Of a stretch of 64,000 nucleotides of DNA, positions 63,113 through 64,000 are shown one piece after another. The DNA comes from Chloroflexota bacterium. GTDB lineage: Bacteria; Chloroflexota; Anaerolineae; B4-G1; DUEL01. A program made the position numbers and the translations under genes. Position 1 is the first letter of the stretch; each line of letters starts with the position of its first letter. A model generated the notes under the pieces. That model made no database searches. It saw only the letters and a program-made list of their open reading frames with translations, and was not told the DNA's origin. The stretch is from contig JADBJJ010000023.1 of NCBI GenBank assembly GCA_014874475.1, forward strand, positions 391,836 through 455,835, in the 5' to 3' direction.

Positions 63113-64000
63113 GCATCTGGCATTCGCTCCAGGGCCAGCGCCAGCGCCCCCAGGAGTACGACATCGTCGCCCAGGGCCGCCAGGGCGATGGGGGTGTTCT
63201 CCCAGTAGACGCGCTGAGATCGCTCCCGGACCGTCTGCCGCATCGGATCAAACAGGAGGTCGCCTGCATTGGCGACGGACCCGCCGATGATGAAGAGACC
63301 GGGATTGAAGAGATACATCAGGCTGACCAGCGCCAGTCCGATATAGAAGCCGGCGCGGGCGAAGATGCGGCGGGAAAGGTCATCTCCCTGCGCTGCCGCT
63401 TCAGCGACCTCTCTGGCGGTGACCGCTTCCGGACTGCTCACTATGCCCCGCAGAAGGGAAGACGCGCCCCGTTCCAGCGCTGCCCGGGCCTCCCGGGCGA
63501 TCGCGGTGCCCGAGGCGACGGCCTCCAGACATCCATACCCTCCACAGCCGCAGAGGGGGCCGTTCGGCTCCACCACCATATGGCCGACCTCACCGCCCAG
63601 GCCCTGCCCTCCCTCATAGAGACGACCGTCCACAATAATCCCGCCGCCGATGCCGGTGCTGATGGTCAAATAGACCAGGTCCCGCACGCCCCGCCCGGCG
63701 CCGAAGCGAAACTCGCCCAGGGCCGCCAGATTGGCATCGTTGGCCACGAAGGCAGGAACACCGAACGCCTCCGCCATCAGGTCCCGCAGGGGGACATCCT
63801 TCCAGCCCGGGATATTGGGAGTAAAACGGACGACGCCGTGATGGGCGTCTACCGGGCCCGGGGCGGAGAGGGCCAGAGCCGCCACCGGTCCCCTCTCCGG
63901 CCAGACCATCCGGATGGCCTGCCGGATGCGGTCCAGGACCACCTCCGGGCCCTGGGCGGCCAGTGTGGGAATGGCCACCCGCTCCTCCATCTGGCCCTCG
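63109..64000 (-). CDS. ROK-family sugar kinase/regulator; the N-terminus runs off the window end
   Basis: It has the ROK motifs LTISTGIGGGIIVDG and the zinc motif CGCGGYGCLE. The reading frame stays open past position 64000, and the listed Met at 63990 is probably internal. Confidence 0.85.
   Translation of the reverse strand, partial: EGQMEERVAIPTLAAQGPEVVLDRIRQAIRMVWPERGPVAALALSAPGPVDAHHGVVRFTPNIPGWKDVPLRDLMAEAFGVPAFVANDANLAALGEFRFGAGRGVRDLVYLTISTGIGGGIIVDGRLYEGGQGLGGEVGHMVVEPNGPLCGCGGYGCLEAVASGTAIAREARAALERGASSLLRGIVSSPEAVTAREVAEAAAQGDDLSRRIFARAGFYIGLALVSLMYLFNPGLFIIGGSVANAGDLLFDPMRQTVRERSQRVYWENTPIALAALGDDVVLLGALALALERMPDA

Overview
This is a high-GC (about 63-65%) bacterial chromosomal window. 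The ribosomal-protein array suggests a thermophilic Chloroflexota or Deinococcus-Thermus-like lineage, for example the L24 C-terminal zinc ribbon, zinc-type S14 and L36, and an S12 insertion. The lineage call is inference only.

Positions 1-27,324 on the minus strand form one co-directional housekeeping array: dnaA, rpoB, the str operon (rpsL-rpsG-fusA-tuf), the S10 and spc ribosomal-protein operons, secY-adk-map, rpmJ, and the alpha operon (rpsM-rpsK-rpsD-rpoA). rpoC, dnaN and infA are absent from their usual positions.

A HepT/MNT toxin-antitoxin pair plus a hypothetical ORF form a roughly 1.7 kb insertion inside the spc operon, between rplE and rpsN (S14).

The dnaA upstream region (27.3-27.8 kb) coincides with a global gene-strand switch. 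I propose it as the replication origin.

From about 28.7 kb onward, genes are mostly on the plus strand: an orphan sensor histidine kinase (GAF/PAS), lexA with a Cheo-type operator, a divergent SPFH-cupin pair, dnaX, a Zn-dependent alcohol dehydrogenase, and a large multidomain glycoside-hydrolase/SH3b protein. These are followed by an IS481-like transposase remnant, the rpsB-tsf-pyrH-frr-uppS-cdsA cluster, a CBS-domain protein, fbp, rho, the iorAB operon, tpiA, a membrane glycosyltransferase-like protein and two zinc-ribbon membrane proteins. The window ends with a TrpB-like PLP-dependent enzyme, a TPR protein, purA, an alkaline-phosphatase-family protein and a partial ROK kinase.

I found no tRNA, rRNA or CRISPR. 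Many long ORFs in the six-frame track are GC-rich antisense artefacts.
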